Source of the DNA: a virus
Taxonomy: Duplodnaviria > Heunggongvirae > Uroviricota > Caudoviricetes
Direction: 5' to 3' (one strand)
IMG/VR virus record: IMGVR_UViG_3300026549_000070
DNA: 64,000 nucleotides
A program made the translations under genes and the position numbers. Positions within the stretch are counted from its first letter, which is position 1; the number at the start of each line of letters is the position of its first letter. The notes beneath the pieces are model-generated. The model made no database searches. It saw nothing but the letters and a program-made list of their open reading frames with translations, and had not been told where the DNA came from. Positions 18,728 to 28,276 of the stretch are shown piece after piece.

Positions 18728-21700
18728 GTGAACGAAACATTATTTAAGGCAATTCGTGAAGGCGGTAATATGTCTATAGCAGGTGAAGACGGAACCGAAG
18801 TAATGGCAACAAAACTTCAAGTTGCAAAAATGACACCTGAACAGTTTGAAGAATTCAAGACGTCGTTCTTTTCATTTTTGATGGAATTGAGCGATATGTA
18901 TAATGAAAGATTTGGAACTCCAATTTGGAAAGATGAATCTTTGATAACAAAAGGAAAGATTTACTCAGGCTCAACAAGAGCTTTCTTTCAAAAGCCTTTT
19001 GAAGAGTTTACAAAATATAAGAAATCAGTAGGTGACTTCGATATACAGTTGCCTGAAAGTACAATGGAACACTTCCCAAGTTTTGTTGAAGAACTTACAG
19101 GAAAAACTGTTGGCGACTTTACTTTTTACGGAAGTAGAACGAAGTCAATGCAGTCACATTCTTTGGTAACAGCAAATCCTGAAAAGTTTGCAGGCATTGG
19201 CGCAGAATATATGCAGTTTGATTGGGAATACACTCAATGGGATGATGAAGCAGGAAAGCCTGCTGAATGGAATGATGTATCACATTATTCTTCTTGGGAA
19301 GACATTGAGAATAACATTAAAGGTGCATTTGTAAAGATACTTCTTAAAGCAGCTGTTGCAGTAAAATCACAAAGAACTGATAAGCCATTTTACTCAATTA
19401 AGACAGGAAAGCCCGTTAAAACTCCTGCTGATGCAAAAGAATACTCATTCCACGTTGATAATGGCGTAACACGCTTACTTAAAGATGTAAATGATGGTTA
19501 TGCAAAACTTGACATTGGCGACAGAACATCATCACATAGTATGGACTTCTTGTTTGAAGTTCTTTTTGATAGAAAACCTGAAGCTGATGAAAAGCGCAAC
19601 CTTGTATCTTTTGTTCGTTTGATTAAGTTTATGAACAAAGAGTACGATGACGCTCTTTTAAGAAACATCTTTACAAAGTTTACAAAACTTCTTTTTGATG
19701 TTCACGAACAGCAGATATCTCGTGACCTTACAGAAGATCGTGAAGTTAAGCACGCAGCTGAAATGAAGTTTATTGAACTTTGTCCTGCAGTTGCTGATAT
19801 GAAAGATTATGCTGCAGATGCTGAAGAAGATTACTACACTTCTGAGTTCCGCAAGGAAGGCAACCGTTATGGACAAGCTGATAAGAGAGCTGCTCGTCTT
19901 GCAGCACAACAGGAAGGCATATCTTTTAATGGAAGCCATTTGAAGGAAGAGGTGGCTGCTGATGGAAAGACATTATATGTTTACTCTTCCTCAAAAGACC
20001 AAGACTTATTCAAATACTATTTTGGAAGAAATCTTAAGTTTGGTTTGAACGGCGGTTCTGCTTATGGTTTTGCAACATACGCAATTATGTCTGATCCTTT
20101 TAGTGGTGCATCTGATGTAGGCTATTCTGAAGCAGCTCGTGATAACCTTTATGGCACAAACTGCTTCGAGTTTGAAATTCCTACAGATAAAGTTTTCTTC
20201 TTTGAGTATGCTGACTATGTAAAGACATTAAGAGGAAAGAACTCAACACCTGCCAACTTTGTAAAGCAGCAGGTTGACTTTTTCAAACTTCCACTTAGTG
20301 ATGAACAGATTGCAAGTCTTACTCCTGAAGAAGGCGCTGAGTTTAGTTCAAAAGCGGCTCAGGCATTCTTCCGCTATATGAGCCGCATTTACTATCAGGA
20401 CAAACTTGGTGCTCTTATTACACCTTGTGCAGGTTTTGTTTACAAAGGAAGAAACGACGGCCGTACATATGTAGGCTGGGATGGTTATGCTCTTATACCA
20501 AGACGCTTTACAAATGATTTTGGAAAGACTTGGAAAGAAGTTGATAGAAACTCTCCTGAGTACAAAGAGTATGTTGAAAAAGCAAATGGTGAGCGTGAAG
20601 CAGCAGATGTGTTTGATGGACACAAAACTCCATTAAAAGAAGCAGTGTACCGCTTGTTTATGAAGTTTGGCTCAGGCGATGATACTGCAGACAAACTTGT
20701 AGATGGATTGTTTACTGACATTGTAATTCACGATGATAAGACAGTTGACTGTACATTCAAAAGCAACTTACCATACATTGACCAAGACAGACATTATCTT
20801 CGCTTGACAAATGACAATCATCTTATTCGTTCGCTTCACAAATTGGGATTTAAGTTTGGTAAGCTTAACGCAGGTATCAAGATTGGTAAAGAATCACTTG
20901 AACTTTATAAAGATGACTTGATTGAGTCTATTGACCCAAGCATTTGGCCTGATAGTTGTACAGGTGGAATTAAGATTGCAGGCGGTCGAATTGCAAAAGA
21001 TACTTTCCAAAAGATTCCAACCACAATTGGTGAACACTATGCTTATATTGTAAATTGTCAAATTGATGACGATGTACTTAAAGGATATGAACTTCACGGA
21101 AATCCTGACAAGCCAAACTGGACTACTGGTGAAGAAACAAAAGCTAAATTAGTTGCTGCTTATGGTGAGTTTGCAGAAAATTGTATCTTGCCTGAAAAGC
21201 CGTTACCAAAAGCAAAAAGACAGTTGAAGAATCCTGATGCTATTGCAAAAGCTGAAGCAAGAGCAAAAGAGAAAGCTGAAAAAGAAAAAGCGGACTGGGA
21301 AAGAGTTACAAAGAACTGGGACGATGACGTTGAAAAAGCAATGAAGTTTACTGAAGCAATGGCTGGTAAGTCTCATTTGCCACATTTGTTCAATTCAGGT
21401 TCTTCAACACAGATGAAACAGAAACAGTTTGATGAACTATTGAATTACATCCAAGAAAGCGGCAATGTTTTTGATGAAGAGCACTTCAATGTATCTGAAA
21501 AGATTGACGGTTCAACAACTTTATTTGGTGTTGATGAAAAAGGCGTCTTTGTTGAAAAGTTTGGTATGAAAGAAATCTACCGTCCTGTTGATTTGCAGCG
21601 AGAAGACCTTTCAAGAAAAGTACGCGCATTCCTTGAAATTGCAAATAACCCAGAACTTGTTGACTTTCTTGACGATACAAGAAAAGAGTACAATATGCAG

Positions 21701-22846
21701 TTCATTAAGGTTCAAATTGAAATGCTTTTGACTGGTGCTTCAAAACACGAAGACAAGTCATTAATGCAAATCGTACTTGTACCTTATAAGCGTGAAAAGT
21801 TTGCAGAAGAAGGCGGTGCTTTTGTTGTAAGAGTTATCGGTGATGATCTTCAGCCTCTTCCAGGACAGGAAGAATTGCTTTCTGCAATTTCTTCAATTCT
21901 TACAACACCAAAGTTTATTGTAAAGCCAATTTCTGATACAGATCTTGACTTTGCTCCAATCGACTTAAACGAATACATTGCTGAAGTTCTTCCTACATTA
22001 AATGTAAAAGACAGAAGCGAAAGAAAAGCTGCTTATGAAGCTGCTCAAGAGAAGTTGCAAACACTTTTAACATCACATTTCCCAGAAGGAAAGTATGGTG
22101 AATTTTATGAAGGTCTTGTTGTTACTTGCAACAATGGATTCACTTTCAAGATGACTTCTCCACAGTTTAAGGAATGGATGGCAAAACATAACGAAAGAAA
22201 GCCTGTAACATTAAGTCCTGATGATCCTTACGGATTGGTTATGAAAGATTACGGTGAAAAGAAAATACTTCTTAATCACATTGGCCCAGGCACTGAACTC
22301 GTTGGTTTATTGTTTGGACATTTTGCTCCGTTTACAGGACCTAAAGGTCACGGCAGAATGATCACTGCTTTTAGAGAAAAGGGTTGTAACAAGTTCTTAA
22401 TTGGTATCCCAAGAAGTGGAAAGTCTTTTGATGATGACAGAGAAATGTACACAACAGAGCAAAGAGCTGAAATATGTGATGCATATTTGAAGCAAGAAGG
22501 ACTTGAAGGCAAAGCAGTTATACTGAAAACAGGAATGCCCGCCATTACAGTCAAAGGACTTGTTTGGGAAGCATATAATATGTTTGGACCAAAGATTCGT
22601 CCTGTTTACATTGTGGGTCCTGACCGTGCTGATTTGTTCTCAAAGAACAAAGATTTTGATACTGACCCAACAACAACATTCCCAGAAAAGATGGTTCTTA
22701 CTGATAGAGGTGAAGGAGCAGTTTCAGGTACAAAAGTTCGTGAGTTGATACGAAAAGGTGATGTTGATGGAATTGCTGAAATGACGGGCTACTCCAAACA
22801 AATTGCACAAGAACTTGTTGACTTACGAGAAGACAATTTGATGTAA
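18728..22846 (+). CDS. 1372-aa multidomain enzyme. It carries an ATP-dependent (RNA or DNA) ligase-like nucleotidyltransferase domain and a C-terminal HxGH cytidylyltransferase-like nucleotidyltransferase domain. The N-terminal and middle domains are unassigned; the middle may be ART-like.
   Basis: Motif I SEKIDGSTTLFG with motif IV/V-like EGLVVTCNNGFTFK about 200 aa downstream. C-terminal LLFGHFAPFTGPKGHGRMI matches the GxFxPxHxGH signature of NMNAT, PPAT and TagD-type enzymes. Residues ~420-500 carry YVYSSSKD...CFEFEI, reminiscent of the STS and ExE motifs of ADP-ribosyltransferases; this last point is weak. Confidence 0.45.
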   Translation: MNETLFKAIREGGNMSIAGEDGTEVMATKLQVAKMTPEQFEEFKTSFFSFLMELSDMYNERFGTPIWKDESLITKGKIYSGSTRAFFQKPFEEFTKYKKSVGDFDIQLPESTMEHFPSFVEELTGKTVGDFTFYGSRTKSMQSHSLVTANPEKFAGIGAEYMQFDWEYTQWDDEAGKPAEWNDVSHYSSWEDIENNIKGAFVKILLKAAVAVKSQRTDKPFYSIKTGKPVKTPADAKEYSFHVDNGVTRLLKDVNDGYAKLDIGDRTSSHSMDFLFEVLFDRKPEADEKRNLVSFVRLIKFMNKEYDDALLRNIFTKFTKLLFDVHEQQISRDLTEDREVKHAAEMKFIELCPAVADMKDYAADAEEDYYTSEFRKEGNRYGQADKRAARLAAQQEGISFNGSHLKEEVAADGKTLYVYSSSKDQDLFKYYFGRNLKFGLNGGSAYGFATYAIMSDPFSGASDVGYSEAARDNLYGTNCFEFEIPTDKVFFFEYADYVKTLRGKNSTPANFVKQQVDFFKLPLSDEQIASLTPEEGAEFSSKAAQAFFRYMSRIYYQDKLGALITPCAGFVYKGRNDGRTYVGWDGYALIPRRFTNDFGKTWKEVDRNSPEYKEYVEKANGEREAADVFDGHKTPLKEAVYRLFMKFGSGDDTADKLVDGLFTDIVIHDDKTVDCTFKSNLPYIDQDRHYLRLTNDNHLIRSLHKLGFKFGKLNAGIKIGKESLELYKDDLIESIDPSIWPDSCTGGIKIAGGRIAKDTFQKIPTTIGEHYAYIVNCQIDDDVLKGYELHGNPDKPNWTTGEETKAKLVAAYGEFAENCILPEKPLPKAKRQLKNPDAIAKAEARAKEKAEKEKADWERVTKNWDDDVEKAMKFTEAMAGKSHLPHLFNSGSSTQMKQKQFDELLNYIQESGNVFDEEHFNVSEKIDGSTTLFGVDEKGVFVEKFGMKEIYRPVDLQREDLSRKVRAFLEIANNPELVDFLDDTRKEYNMQFIKVQIEMLLTGASKHEDKSLMQIVLVPYKREKFAEEGGAFVVRVIGDDLQPLPGQEELLSAISSILTTPKFIVKPISDTDLDFAPIDLNEYIAEVLPTLNVKDRSERKAAYEAAQEKLQTLLTSHFPEGKYGEFYEGLVVTCNNGFTFKMTSPQFKEWMAKHNERKPVTLSPDDPYGLVMKDYGEKKILLNHIGPGTELVGLLFGHFAPFTGPKGHGRMITAFREKGCNKFLIGIPRSGKSFDDDREMYTTEQRAEICDAYLKQEGLEGKAVILKTGMPAITVKGLVWEAYNMFGPKIRPVYIVGPDRADLFSKNKDFDTDPTTTFPEKMVLTDRGEGAVSGTKVRELIRKGDVDGIAEMTGYSKQIAQELVDLREDNLM

Positions 22847-22854
22847 AAAAAATA

Positions 22855-22882
22855 AAGGCAGCGGTAAGCTGCCTTCTTTGTT
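22855..22882 (+). terminator. rho-independent terminator
   Basis: aaggcagc-ggtaa-gctgcctt followed by ctttgtt. Confidence 0.55.
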
Positions 22883-22915
22883 AATATATCAATATGAAAA
22901 CTTTTAGGAGAAACA

Positions 22916-23617
22916 ATGAGAAAGATAACGATTTTACCACAAACAACTAAAGATCCTTTACAGCTTATAGGGATAACATCCGCTGTATGTTATAATTCAG
23001 ACACTAGTGATAAAGAAAAGAACATAAAACGCGCATTAGATTGCATACACTCAGGACACGGCAGAGTATTAGAATGGCCGAATGTTGAAGTTATAGTTGA
23101 AGGATTTTCTGCAAAGATGATGAGAGAAGCTATGCGACATATTGTTGGTACAAGTGTTTTGCAAGCATCAACTCGTTACATTGATTATGAAAAAGGATTT
23201 GACGTTATCACCCCACCTGCTATTGCAAACAACAATGATGCAATGGAAGTTTGGTGTAAAGCTATAAGTGACATCAAAATGGCTATGGGTGCATTGAAAG
23301 CTTTGGGCGTTCCTAAAGAAGACTACACTAACTTACTTCCGCTCGCTTATCAGTCAAAAATGATTTGGAAAGTTAACTTAAGAGCTTTAACTCATTTTAT
23401 GAACACAAGAACCTGTTCTCGCGCCTATTGGGAAATCCGTGAGTTTTCGAATATGCTGAAGAAAGCTCTTATGGAATACTCACCTGAATGGGAAATCATT
23501 TGTAAAGAACTTTTCGTTCCTAAGTGTGATGCTGTAGGATACTGTACAGAAGCAAAATGCTGCGGAAGACACAAAACAAAGTCGGAGGTTATTGGTGAAG
23601 ATGTCAAACAAGATTGA
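22916..23617 (+). CDS. thyX: flavin-dependent thymidylate synthase ThyX-like protein (variant motif RHI instead of RHR)
   Basis: HGRVLEWPNVEVIVEGFSAKMMREAMRHIVGTSVLQASTRY aligns to the ThyX core HxSVLEH...RHRxxxxxxxSxRY. NLRALTHFMNTRTCSRAYWEIREF matches the ThyX C-terminal motif. Confidence 0.65.
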   Translation: MRKITILPQTTKDPLQLIGITSAVCYNSDTSDKEKNIKRALDCIHSGHGRVLEWPNVEVIVEGFSAKMMREAMRHIVGTSVLQASTRYIDYEKGFDVITPPAIANNNDAMEVWCKAISDIKMAMGALKALGVPKEDYTNLLPLAYQSKMIWKVNLRALTHFMNTRTCSRAYWEIREFSNMLKKALMEYSPEWEIICKELFVPKCDAVGYCTEAKCCGRHKTKSEVIGEDVKQD

Positions 23618-23987
23618 TGATAAAGATGAATGGGAAGAAGAAGACACCATTCTTGATGAATACCAAAGACAAAAAGAATTAGAAGAAGCTTCTGTTAATA
23701 AGTTTCTCACAAGAGAAGACTTTGCTGATATGATAGCACAACAGACTGGTTCTGGTGTTGGTGATCCTTTCCAAAGGATGGCTTACACAAATGACTACAT
23801 TGCAAAAGCATTGGAAAGAAGCCCTAATGGTTGGATGGTTACTTCTGTAAATCAAATGATGAACAATGACTTAAGCATTCACGGCTTTCAAATAGCACCG
23901 CCAGGCCCTGAAGCAGAAGTAAACATAAAAGTTTCAGATCCTCAACTTATAGCAACATTGCATCACGCAATGCAAGGATATTGTTAA
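23592..23987 (+). CDS. hypothetical acidic protein (131 aa)
   Basis: ORF overlapping the thyX end. Confidence 0.4.
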   Translation: MVKMSNKIDDKDEWEEEDTILDEYQRQKELEEASVNKFLTREDFADMIAQQTGSGVGDPFQRMAYTNDYIAKALERSPNGWMVTSVNQMMNNDLSIHGFQIAPPGPEAEVNIKVSDPQLIATLHHAMQGYC

Positions 23988-24709
23988 TGAATTATATTCA
24001 GCTTAATGACCATTCAAGATTTGATGATGAAGAATGGGAAGTTGCACACAAACTTGGTTTTCAGAATGTAACGCCTTTTTATAAAAAGCATCTTATACAA
24101 AGAAAGTTTAAGATTGACAAAGGCGACTTTATTATGGGTGAAATACCCGTAATGTTGAACGCAATGAAACAGCTCGGAATTGAGTATCATTATAATGACT
24201 ATCCTGAGAGTTTGCAAAAGTACTTACATCGTAAAGTATGGACTTCTACAATGAAAGAAGTTCGTAATCTTATGTATGACAGTAAAGATGGTACACTTGA
24301 TTGGTTCATTAAGCCGAAAGACAAATTGAAACGCTTCACAGGATTTGTTTGCTCAATAATTGATGATTTGCAATTTGTAAATGGCGCAGGAAATCAAACA
24401 AAGCTTTGGTGCAGCGAGCCTGTTATATTTGTAAGTGAGTATCGTTGTCCTGTAATAAATGGCAAAGTAATGGGAATGTATGCAGCTCCTGGGAAAGATG
24501 GGACACTTCCTGATATGAAAGTTGTTGAACAGATGGCGAAAGACTTCGTTGATGCGCCGTCTGCTTATGCACTAGATGTTGGCGTTTTGCATACAGGAGA
24601 GACTGCTTTAATTGAAGTCAATGACGGATTTTCATTAGGCAGATATGGAATCCCAGTTGACATATACACACAATTATTGCAAACAAGATGGAGTGAATTA
24701 TGTTCATAA
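23981..24709 (+). CDS. ATP-grasp family ligase
   Basis: FIKPKDKLKRFTGFV (ATP-binding Lys region), SEPVIFVSEYRCPVINGKV, and ALDVGVLHTGETALIEVNDG (ATP-grasp Mg/ATP loop). Confidence 0.5.
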   Translation: MLMNYIQLNDHSRFDDEEWEVAHKLGFQNVTPFYKKHLIQRKFKIDKGDFIMGEIPVMLNAMKQLGIEYHYNDYPESLQKYLHRKVWTSTMKEVRNLMYDSKDGTLDWFIKPKDKLKRFTGFVCSIIDDLQFVNGAGNQTKLWCSEPVIFVSEYRCPVINGKVMGMYAAPGKDGTLPDMKVVEQMAKDFVDAPSAYALDVGVLHTGETALIEVNDGFSLGRYGIPVDIYTQLLQTRWSELCS

Positions 24710-24894
24710 GCCTTATCAACAGACAAACACGAAAGCCCAATGATGTTAATGTTGACCACATCGTTTCAATTTGGTCAGCAGATGACACAACTGGAGTTTG
24801 GGAAGTTACCCGATGCCGTGATGTAAATGGCATTGAATATGAAATGCCTATCCTAAAAGATTTATTTTTACAAAGAGTTGGCATAAAAAATTGA
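24700..24894 (+). CDS. hypothetical small protein (64 aa)
   Basis: ATG overlaps the previous stop (ATGTTCATAA). Confidence 0.3.
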   Translation: MFISLINRQTRKPNDVNVDHIVSIWSADDTTGVWEVTRCRDVNGIEYEMPILKDLFLQRVGIKN

Positions 24895-24930
24895 ACTTTT
24901 TAATTGCTTCTTTTATATTATTATCGTAAC
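24891..24930 (+). promoter_or_regulatory. class I conserved promoter
   Basis: ttgaactttttaattgcttcttttatattattat, followed by the aaaggagcaatttatg RBS and start. Confidence 0.55.
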
Positions 24931-24953
24931 AAACCTGATAAAAGGAGCAATTT

Positions 24954-25292
24954 ATGGAATATACTTCTAGAGCCCAGCTTGTAACACAGATGAAGATCAA
25001 TCTTGAAACACACAAGGATGTTCGCGTACGGGCTTTACTCCGCATTTTTGAAAATCAGACATTTGACGAGCAGAGAACCGAGTCAACAAACCGCTACAAC
25101 GGAATCGGTTTTACAGGTTCTGATGCTCGTTTTCTTTCTTCTCTCGCAAAACAGTACAAATACAAAAAGTTTCTTACTGACAAGCAGGATGCAGTTCTTC
25201 GCAGAAAGATTGTAAAGTATGCTGCACAACTTATCAATGGTTCAATCAATGAAGGCAAAATCCGCTATGTTGACGGAAAATATATTTGGTAG
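24954..25292 (+). CDS. hypothetical early protein (112 aa)
   Basis: Class I cassette upstream. Confidence 0.5.
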   Translation: MEYTSRAQLVTQMKINLETHKDVRVRALLRIFENQTFDEQRTESTNRYNGIGFTGSDARFLSSLAKQYKYKKFLTDKQDAVLRRKIVKYAAQLINGSINEGKIRYVDGKYIW

Positions 25293-25302
25293 GAGTAACA
25301 TT

Positions 25303-25761
25303 ATGAAGAAGACTTGGAAATCATTGGAACATCTTTCAGAAACAGAACTGAAATCATATTATCTTCACGGAGCAAAAGCTCTTCCTTTTGGGGTTGTAAA
25401 TCGCAATTCACAGAATGGCTACACAATGGGAAGGGGAAAGAAAAATTCTCAGTATGCAACTGTTCTTCGTGACCTTGAAGCAAATGGACCTTCAAAGAAA
25501 ATTGAAACATTGGTTCGCGCTTTTGGAATCGATGAAGAAGACGCTGTTCGCCGACACAAGAATTGGATTGCAGCTTGTAAAGCTCGCCATCCTGATTGGA
25601 ACTGGGTTCACCTTGAAAACGGACATCCACTTCGCGGTCAGAACTGCTGCGTTTATTCTGCTCTTCATCAGGGCAAATTGATTTCCTACTCTGCAAAAAC
25701 TCGCAAGTGGGACTTGACAGAGTTGGGTCGCTGGTACATCCGTGAAGTTTTGAATAAGTAA
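25303..25761 (+). CDS. hypothetical protein (~152 aa; start adjusted to MKKTWKSL with RBS aggagtaacattatg)
   Basis: The track ORF 25219..25761 has no RBS at its first Met; the internal ATG has a strong SD. Confidence 0.45.
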   Translation: MKKTWKSLEHLSETELKSYYLHGAKALPFGVVNRNSQNGYTMGRGKKNSQYATVLRDLEANGPSKKIETLVRAFGIDEEDAVRRHKNWIAACKARHPDWNWVHLENGHPLRGQNCCVYSALHQGKLISYSAKTRKWDLTELGRWYIREVLNK

Positions 25762-26099
25762 TGGCTTTAATTACAATACACGAAGCAAAGAGACAGAAGC
25801 CAAGTAACATTGAAGTTTCTGCCTCAATGCAGGAACTACAGAAACATCTTCCTGACATCGTTAAAGCAGTTAACGAAGGTCAGTCTGCCTATGTCTTTAT
25901 TAACCACTTATCAATGGTTCACGAGCCACGCTTGCTCGATAACATTCGAGGAGTTAAAGACAAAAATGAAGTTTTGAGTAGGATATACAATTATGTCCTA
26001 TACGCTGAAGGAAATGGCGTTTTGAAAGAATACGAAAGTAGAGTTATTAGATATAAAGGCTCTGCAATTGGAGGAATGGAATGTCACAGCCCAAGATAG
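25761..26099 (+). CDS. hypothetical protein (112 aa)
   Basis: ATGG overlap start. Confidence 0.4.
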   Translation: MALITIHEAKRQKPSNIEVSASMQELQKHLPDIVKAVNEGQSAYVFINHLSMVHEPRLLDNIRGVKDKNEVLSRIYNYVLYAEGNGVLKEYESRVIRYKGSAIGGMECHSPR

Positions 26100-26269
26100 C
26101 TTGTGTTTATTGCAACAATTGGATTCCGCCTTTTATAACAAGTACAGGAAAACTCATTGATGCAACTTGTAAAATTGAGATGTGTTGTCCTCTTTATACA
26201 AATAGGAGTAAATATGAATCATACAACACACGCCAACAGCAGCAAATGGAGGAGTGTTAATATACAATT

Positions 26270-26488
26270 ATGTTGAATCCGAATGAAATCCCAAAAGCGT
26301 GGGAAAACTTTAAGCAGCTTGAAAGCGGCGTTGCAAAATATCCAACTCTTATTCGTTTCCGTCTTATGGACTTAGTTTACTTTGGAGCAGTTGATAACAA
26401 AGGCAAATATTGGATAAGACGGGCACCAATATCAATAAAAGATCTTACAGGCTGTTCAGCAGCAAAAATTAAGGAGTTGCAAAAATGA
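26270..26488 (+). CDS. hypothetical protein (72 aa)
   Basis: Plus-strand ORF with an AGGAG RBS 17 nt upstream of the ATG (ggaggagtgttaatatacaattatg). Confidence 0.35.
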   Translation: MLNPNEIPKAWENFKQLESGVAKYPTLIRFRLMDLVYFGAVDNKGKYWIRRAPISIKDLTGCSAAKIKELQK

Positions 26489-27183
26489 TTCAGAACTTGG
26501 TATTTTTCAGAAATCACAAAAGAGATAATAATGTATGTTGGGATAACTGTCACGAGTTTGATGACATAACGGATGTTGAAGTTTGGACTCATCACAACGA
26601 AAATGATGATGTTTATGACTTTACAGATGAAGCCGCAAGAGTTTCAAAATTGATTGACGACTTTCCTGAAGCAAACATTATTGGAAGAGTTGACAGTGAT
26701 AAAGGCTTTGGTACAAACATCATTACAATAAATCTTCGTCAGGCAAAAGCTTTCCTTGGAGTTACTGAATCATTGAAGCAGCTTTCAAAATGTACACGCC
26801 TTAAAGTTTGTTGCGTTATTGAAAAGAACGGACGAATCGTTTCCACAGGACTCAACGGCACTCCTTCAGGTTTCAAAAACTGTAGTGAAGTATTTACTCC
26901 TATGGACCGTCTTAAGAAAGATTACAGTACAAGACACCACGAGTTTTCAGAAGCTTATGAAGTTCACGCAGAAATGAATGCTGTTCTCGAACTTGGTAAG
27001 AACAGCTCAATGGACAACTATGATGACTTGACCTTGTACTGTTCAACTTGTCCTTGCCCAGGCTGCGCTAAAATGATTGCACAGGCTGGTATCAAATATG
27101 TGTTCTATCACAATGAATATGATCGTTTACCTGAAGGTGCAAAGCATCTTAAAGAGTTCGGCATTTATGTATTCAAATGTTAG
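26485..27183 (+). CDS. dCMP deaminase (cytidine/deoxycytidylate deaminase family)
   Basis: Zinc-binding motifs VHAEMNAV and TLYCSTCPCPGCAKMI (HAE...PCxxC). Confidence 0.75.
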   Translation: MIQNLVFFRNHKRDNNVCWDNCHEFDDITDVEVWTHHNENDDVYDFTDEAARVSKLIDDFPEANIIGRVDSDKGFGTNIITINLRQAKAFLGVTESLKQLSKCTRLKVCCVIEKNGRIVSTGLNGTPSGFKNCSEVFTPMDRLKKDYSTRHHEFSEAYEVHAEMNAVLELGKNSSMDNYDDLTLYCSTCPCPGCAKMIAQAGIKYVFYHNEYDRLPEGAKHLKEFGIYVFKC

Positions 27184-27194
27184 GAGTCAGCATA

Positions 27195-27386
27195 ATGGAA
27201 AACGAAGAAACAATGAGCGATGAAGAGTTTGATAATCTTTATGAAGACATTCTCAACAACGGACTCGTAAATGAAGAGTATAAGCAGAAGCTTATAAAGT
27301 TGATGGATGCCTACAGAAAGAATGTTGATGCTCTTTCTGATTATGCTGAAATTGATGTTACGCAGTGGGGAAATCTGATTTATTAG
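27195..27386 (+). CDS. hypothetical acidic small protein
   Basis: RBS taggagtcagcataatg. Confidence 0.4.
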   Translation: MENEETMSDEEFDNLYEDILNNGLVNEEYKQKLIKLMDAYRKNVDALSDYAEIDVTQWGNLIY

Positions 27387-27400
27387 GTGGGAGAGATAAT

Positions 27401-27622
27401 ATGATTGTTTTTACAGTAAATGAAGATCTTGCAAACGCAGCTTATCGTAAGGCACAGGAGTTTGCAAATACATATAAAGAGTGGAGATGGGGTCAGTGTA
27501 TCTTTAACGCATATTATGCATTCTTCCCAAATGAATGTAATGAGCTGCGTGGCACTGATGATGACTGCTTTTATCAAAATGATAGAGTAGAAAAGTTTCT
27601 TTCTCATTTCAATGTGGAGTAA
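27401..27622 (+). CDS. hypothetical small protein
   Basis: RBS ggtgggagagataatatg. Confidence 0.4.
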   Translation: MIVFTVNEDLANAAYRKAQEFANTYKEWRWGQCIFNAYYAFFPNECNELRGTDDDCFYQNDRVEKFLSHFNVE

Positions 27623-27625
27623 AAT

Positions 27626-28165
27626 ATGGCAATAAAGTATGTTTGTGACTTTTGCGGACAAGAAGCAAAAAATTTTCATAAAGAGTTCTCATCAGGTGAA
27701 ATAGTTTGCGATAATTGCTATGATCATCTTAAGAAGCAAACTTGGCGCCTTGCGGAAGAGCCTGCTGAACTTGAAAAAGCAAAAGAAAGTATTCGACAGG
27801 AATCACGACAGATTGAAAGTCAAAGAAAAGAACTTGCAAAAGAACAAGCAATGGACAGCAGAATGGCTGCTCGTTATCAGAACGGCTTTCACACAGTCAT
27901 TCGACTTTATAATCAAATGGTAAAAGCTTTAGATGATGCTGTACCTAAAGGCTTTTTATTCAGAAGAAATCCTTTTAGAATGATTTCTGAAACTGAGGTC
28001 TGTGACTTGGAACAGCGAGCTGTCGACGATGTTATACGAGAAGTTGAAAGAAACTTTCACGACAACTTTGACTATCTCTTTGAGAGAGACCCTTTACGCG
28101 ACAGAGAAGCTTTGCGTCTCAATGATATTCCAACAGTGAACTTACCTTGGGACAAAGATAACTAA
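27626..28165 (+). CDS. zinc-ribbon protein with a coiled-coil region (179 aa)
   Basis: CDFCGQ...CDNCYDH at the N-terminus. Confidence 0.4.
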   Translation: MAIKYVCDFCGQEAKNFHKEFSSGEIVCDNCYDHLKKQTWRLAEEPAELEKAKESIRQESRQIESQRKELAKEQAMDSRMAARYQNGFHTVIRLYNQMVKALDDAVPKGFLFRRNPFRMISETEVCDLEQRAVDDVIREVERNFHDNFDYLFERDPLRDREALRLNDIPTVNLPWDKDN

Positions 28166-28276
28166 ATATTGTTCATAAAACACAAGTAAGTGTTAATATT
28201 AAAATTGCAAGTAACTGCATAGCAGTTATAAATAAATTATAGATGCCAAGTTCAAGGCGTCAAATAGGAGAAACAA

